Shown here one piece after another: positions 61,432 to 64,000 of a stretch of 64,000 bases of DNA (position 1 is its first letter; every line of letters starts with the position of its first letter). The translations under genes were made by a program, and so were the position numbers. The stretch is from contig CAVPLT010000004.1 in NCBI GenBank assembly GCA_963706325.1, positions 416,001-480,000 of the forward strand. Reading direction: 5' to 3'. The notes beneath the pieces were generated by a model, which saw only the letters and a list, made by a program, of their open reading frames with translations, searched no databases and was not told the origin of the DNA. The stretch is from an uncultured Nitrospiraceae bacterium. GTDB lineage: Bacteria; Nitrospirota; Nitrospiria; Nitrospirales; Nitrospiraceae.

Positions 61432-62715
61432 ATGACGCGTGACTGTGCAAGGCCATCGGCAGTAACCCGTGGATTGTTCGCTTTTCTATTCTGTGTGGCG
61501 GGTGCCGCTTCAATTGCCCATGCGCAGTCGACGAACATTGTCGCAACTCCCCCGGGCGCTGGCGGACTGGGCACCTCCCTTAACACCTCGGGCAATACGA
61601 CAAATATCACCGGTGGAACGAGACCAAGTGGCGGCCCTAATCTATTTCATAGTTTCAACCAGTTTTCGGTAGGGACGGGAGACGTCGCGGCGTTTGTGAA
61701 TCCTGGCGGGGTGTCCAACGTCATCAGTCGTGTGATCGGAGGATCGCCGTCGAATATTTACGGAACTGTTCAAGCACTCAATGCCAACCTGTTTTTTCTC
61801 AATCCATCTGGTATCGTGTTCGGTCCCGCCGCACATCTCAACGTATCGGGGTCTGCCTATTTCAGCACAGCTCAGCAGCTGCGGTTAGGCGATAATGGCG
61901 TGTTCACTGCCAACCGCAATTTACTGGCCCTGGATACCACGCTTTCGTCTAGCGCACCCGCTGCATTCGGTTTTCTGGGTCAGGGACCCTACGGCTCGAT
62001 TATCCTGACCTCTTCCAGCACTCTCCTGCAAGCCAATGCGGTGGTCGGATTGGTGGGGGGACCTATTCAAATTAACGGCTCGAAAATTACCGCCCAGCGC
62101 ATCATTGTCGGCAGTACCAGTTCTCCAGGTGAAATCAGCGCACAGCCTGTGGTTGGAAATCCATTTGCCGGCGCTTCAGGAACGGGGGTCGTGCAGGCGC
62201 TACCAGGGACGCTTCTCATTGCGGGGGGCGGAGGAGTCATCCCCGCGTCGGTGGATTTATTGCCGGGCAATATTACGGTGCCCAGCGGGGCCCAGGTGAA
62301 TACGACGACCAACCCGATCACCCAACGAGTCACCCAGATTCAAGTGGTACAAATCCCAGGACAAAGCCTGGGAGCTCTTCCTGCTCTTCCGACTGCCACC
62401 GCGGGGGTAAATCCAATTTTCAATCCAGTCGATCCAGTGGTGTTTCTCAATCGTGCCGCGACTCTACTCCCGCAGCAAAAACCGGCACCTCCAGCTCCCT
62501 TGTTAGCCAGCCGATGCGCCTCACAGAAGGATAGCCAGTTCAGCAGCCTGGTCCAAGCCCCGCGCGATGTGACGCCGTCGCAGCCGGGCGTTGCGTTGAC
62601 GACACCGGCGGTTCTGCAGGAAGTGGACGCGGAATCGCAGTCCTCCGTCAAGCAAACGGCGCAGGGAATCGGTATTCCTTCCGCACAATCGGTCGAACCA
62701 TGGCAGGGATGCTAG
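61432..62715 (+). CDS. short TpsA / filamentous-haemagglutinin N-terminal domain protein
   Basis: Signal peptide, NLFHSFNQF, NVISRV, FFLNPSGIVFG. Confidence 0.9.
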   Translation: MTRDCARPSAVTRGLFAFLFCVAGAASIAHAQSTNIVATPPGAGGLGTSLNTSGNTTNITGGTRPSGGPNLFHSFNQFSVGTGDVAAFVNPGGVSNVISRVIGGSPSNIYGTVQALNANLFFLNPSGIVFGPAAHLNVSGSAYFSTAQQLRLGDNGVFTANRNLLALDTTLSSSAPAAFGFLGQGPYGSIILTSSSTLLQANAVVGLVGGPIQINGSKITAQRIIVGSTSSPGEISAQPVVGNPFAGASGTGVVQALPGTLLIAGGGGVIPASVDLLPGNITVPSGAQVNTTTNPITQRVTQIQVVQIPGQSLGALPALPTATAGVNPIFNPVDPVVFLNRAATLLPQQKPAPPAPLLASRCASQKDSQFSSLVQAPRDVTPSQPGVALTTPAVLQEVDAESQSSVKQTAQGIGIPSAQSVEPWQGC

Positions 62716-62733
62716 CCCGCTCAGGAGGACGTC

Positions 62734-64000
62734 ATGCCAATGAAGAAGAGGAATGGCACTCGCGGCGACGTGAAGGGCGGTGAGATTATGTGGACCCTCG
62801 GTCTCAGAAATGTGCTCGCCACGCCTCTGAAGACTCTCCGCCTTGGGTTCGGCCTACTTATAGTCAGTTGGGCGGCTGTGCCCGCATTTGGGACAATGCT
62901 GAACTCATCGGCCTCCTCACCGGCGCAAGAAATGCGGGAGGGACGTGCACGATTTGAACAGGGCGGATTTGCTCAAGCTGCGATACATTGGATGACGGCA
63001 GCCCGGCTCTATGAAGAGCGCGAACAACCTAAGGAACAGTGCCAGGCCTTGATCAATTTGTCACATGCGCTCCAGCAGGAAGGGCAGATTCGGCGGGCAC
63101 AGAGTACCTTACAGACGGCGCTTACGCTTTCGGAGCGTATCGGGAATCGGTTGCTGACGGCGATTATCCTGGGTCAACTGGGCAGCACGTCGCACGTCCT
63201 GGGAAAAGAGGAATCCGCGACGGAACATTTGACGAAAGCATTGGCACTGGCGCGTGAGGAGCAGAATCCCGCTTTGGTCGCGGGAGTGCTTAACGATTTG
63301 GGCAATGCGCTTGTAGCCCGCCGGCAGTTCGCAGAGGCCATCGATGTCTATACGGAAAGCCGTAACCTTGCGCGTGAAACCAATCAGGCGGCTCTTGCAG
63401 TCACCGCGCAAATCAATGGTGCTGCTGCGTTGGTGCAGGATCAACAATTGACCGAGGCGCAGCGACAATTGGATCAAGCCATGTCGGAGGCACAAGCCTT
63501 GCCGGACAGTCAGGCAAAGACGGCAGGGCTCCTCAATATCGGTTTGGGGTACCAAGATTTGCACTCGGCTGTGACGGCAGCGCGACAGGGCTCGCAGGGT
63601 GACCGTCAACTGGCAGGAAGGAAGCAGGATTCGAATAGCCCTGCCGGGCGTGGAGGGGTGGCCTCGTCGTCGAGTCCCGGACTGCTTAGGCAATCGTCCG
63701 AGGCATTGACGGCTGCCGGTGAAGTGGCCACGAGAACCGGCGATGCACGCGGCCAATCCTACGCCTGGGGGTATCAGGGGGAACTGCTTGAAAAAGAACA
63801 CCGAAACACTGAAGCGTTGGAAGCCTCGCGAAAAGCTACCTTTGCCGCTCAGAAAGTCAATGCGCCGGAATCACTTTATAGATGGCAGTGGCAGACTGCA
63901 CGGTTACTGAGAACCGCTGGCAAGGAGGATGAGGCGCTGGCCGCCTATCAGCGTGCTGTCACATTATTGAAACCGATTCGCTTCGAGTATTCCGTCGGCT
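62734..64000 (+). CDS. TPR-repeat protein, probably CHAT-domain type (partial)
   Basis: AGGAGG RBS; open to the window end; LNDLGNAL, LLNIGL, SYAWGYQG, ESLYRWQWQTARL. Confidence 0.75.
   Translation, partial: MPMKKRNGTRGDVKGGEIMWTLGLRNVLATPLKTLRLGFGLLIVSWAAVPAFGTMLNSSASSPAQEMREGRARFEQGGFAQAAIHWMTAARLYEEREQPKEQCQALINLSHALQQEGQIRRAQSTLQTALTLSERIGNRLLTAIILGQLGSTSHVLGKEESATEHLTKALALAREEQNPALVAGVLNDLGNALVARRQFAEAIDVYTESRNLARETNQAALAVTAQINGAAALVQDQQLTEAQRQLDQAMSEAQALPDSQAKTAGLLNIGLGYQDLHSAVTAARQGSQGDRQLAGRKQDSNSPAGRGGVASSSSPGLLRQSSEALTAAGEVATRTGDARGQSYAWGYQGELLEKEHRNTEALEASRKATFAAQKVNAPESLYRWQWQTARLLRTAGKEDEALAAYQRAVTLLKPIRFEYSVG

Noticed and set aside
1..64000. CRISPR array or rRNA
   Set aside because: No regularly spaced repeats or rRNA-like segments seen

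Overview
64 kb of bacterial chromosome. Gene content and style resemble Nitrospira (inference, no search run). 1-10 kb: partial B12/radical-SAM gene, SGNH lipoprotein, kup, AI-2E transporter, tex, PNPOx-like protein. 10-13.6 kb: sigma54 two-component system beside a Mop/TOBE gene. 16-44 kb: a large sulfur/oxyanion region in two divergent arms. The left arm runs porin-modA-lipoprotein-DUF2325-sbp-sbp-cysTWA-SfnR-like regulator-dsrE-thiS-cysK-truncated moeB, then family 2A encapsulin, its cysteine desulfurase cargo, serine acetyltransferase, a 129-aa protein that keeps the catalytic residue pattern of sulfur oxygenase reductase (candidate single-domain 'mini-SOR'), and a persulfide dioxygenase. 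The right arm runs HTH-PBP regulator-modA-like-lipoprotein-porin-TOBE-modA-mop-modBC. 44-58 kb: accessory and decayed DNA around tRNA-Met (TraT pair, XRE-S24 repressor with palindromic operator, fluoride riboswitch-crcB, duplicated tRNA 3' end, MITE, pseudogenes). 59-64 kb: two-partner secretion pair plus a partial TPR protein. The best candidate for an undescribed system is the encapsulin sulfur-storage cassette coupled to the mini-SOR and persulfide dioxygenase.
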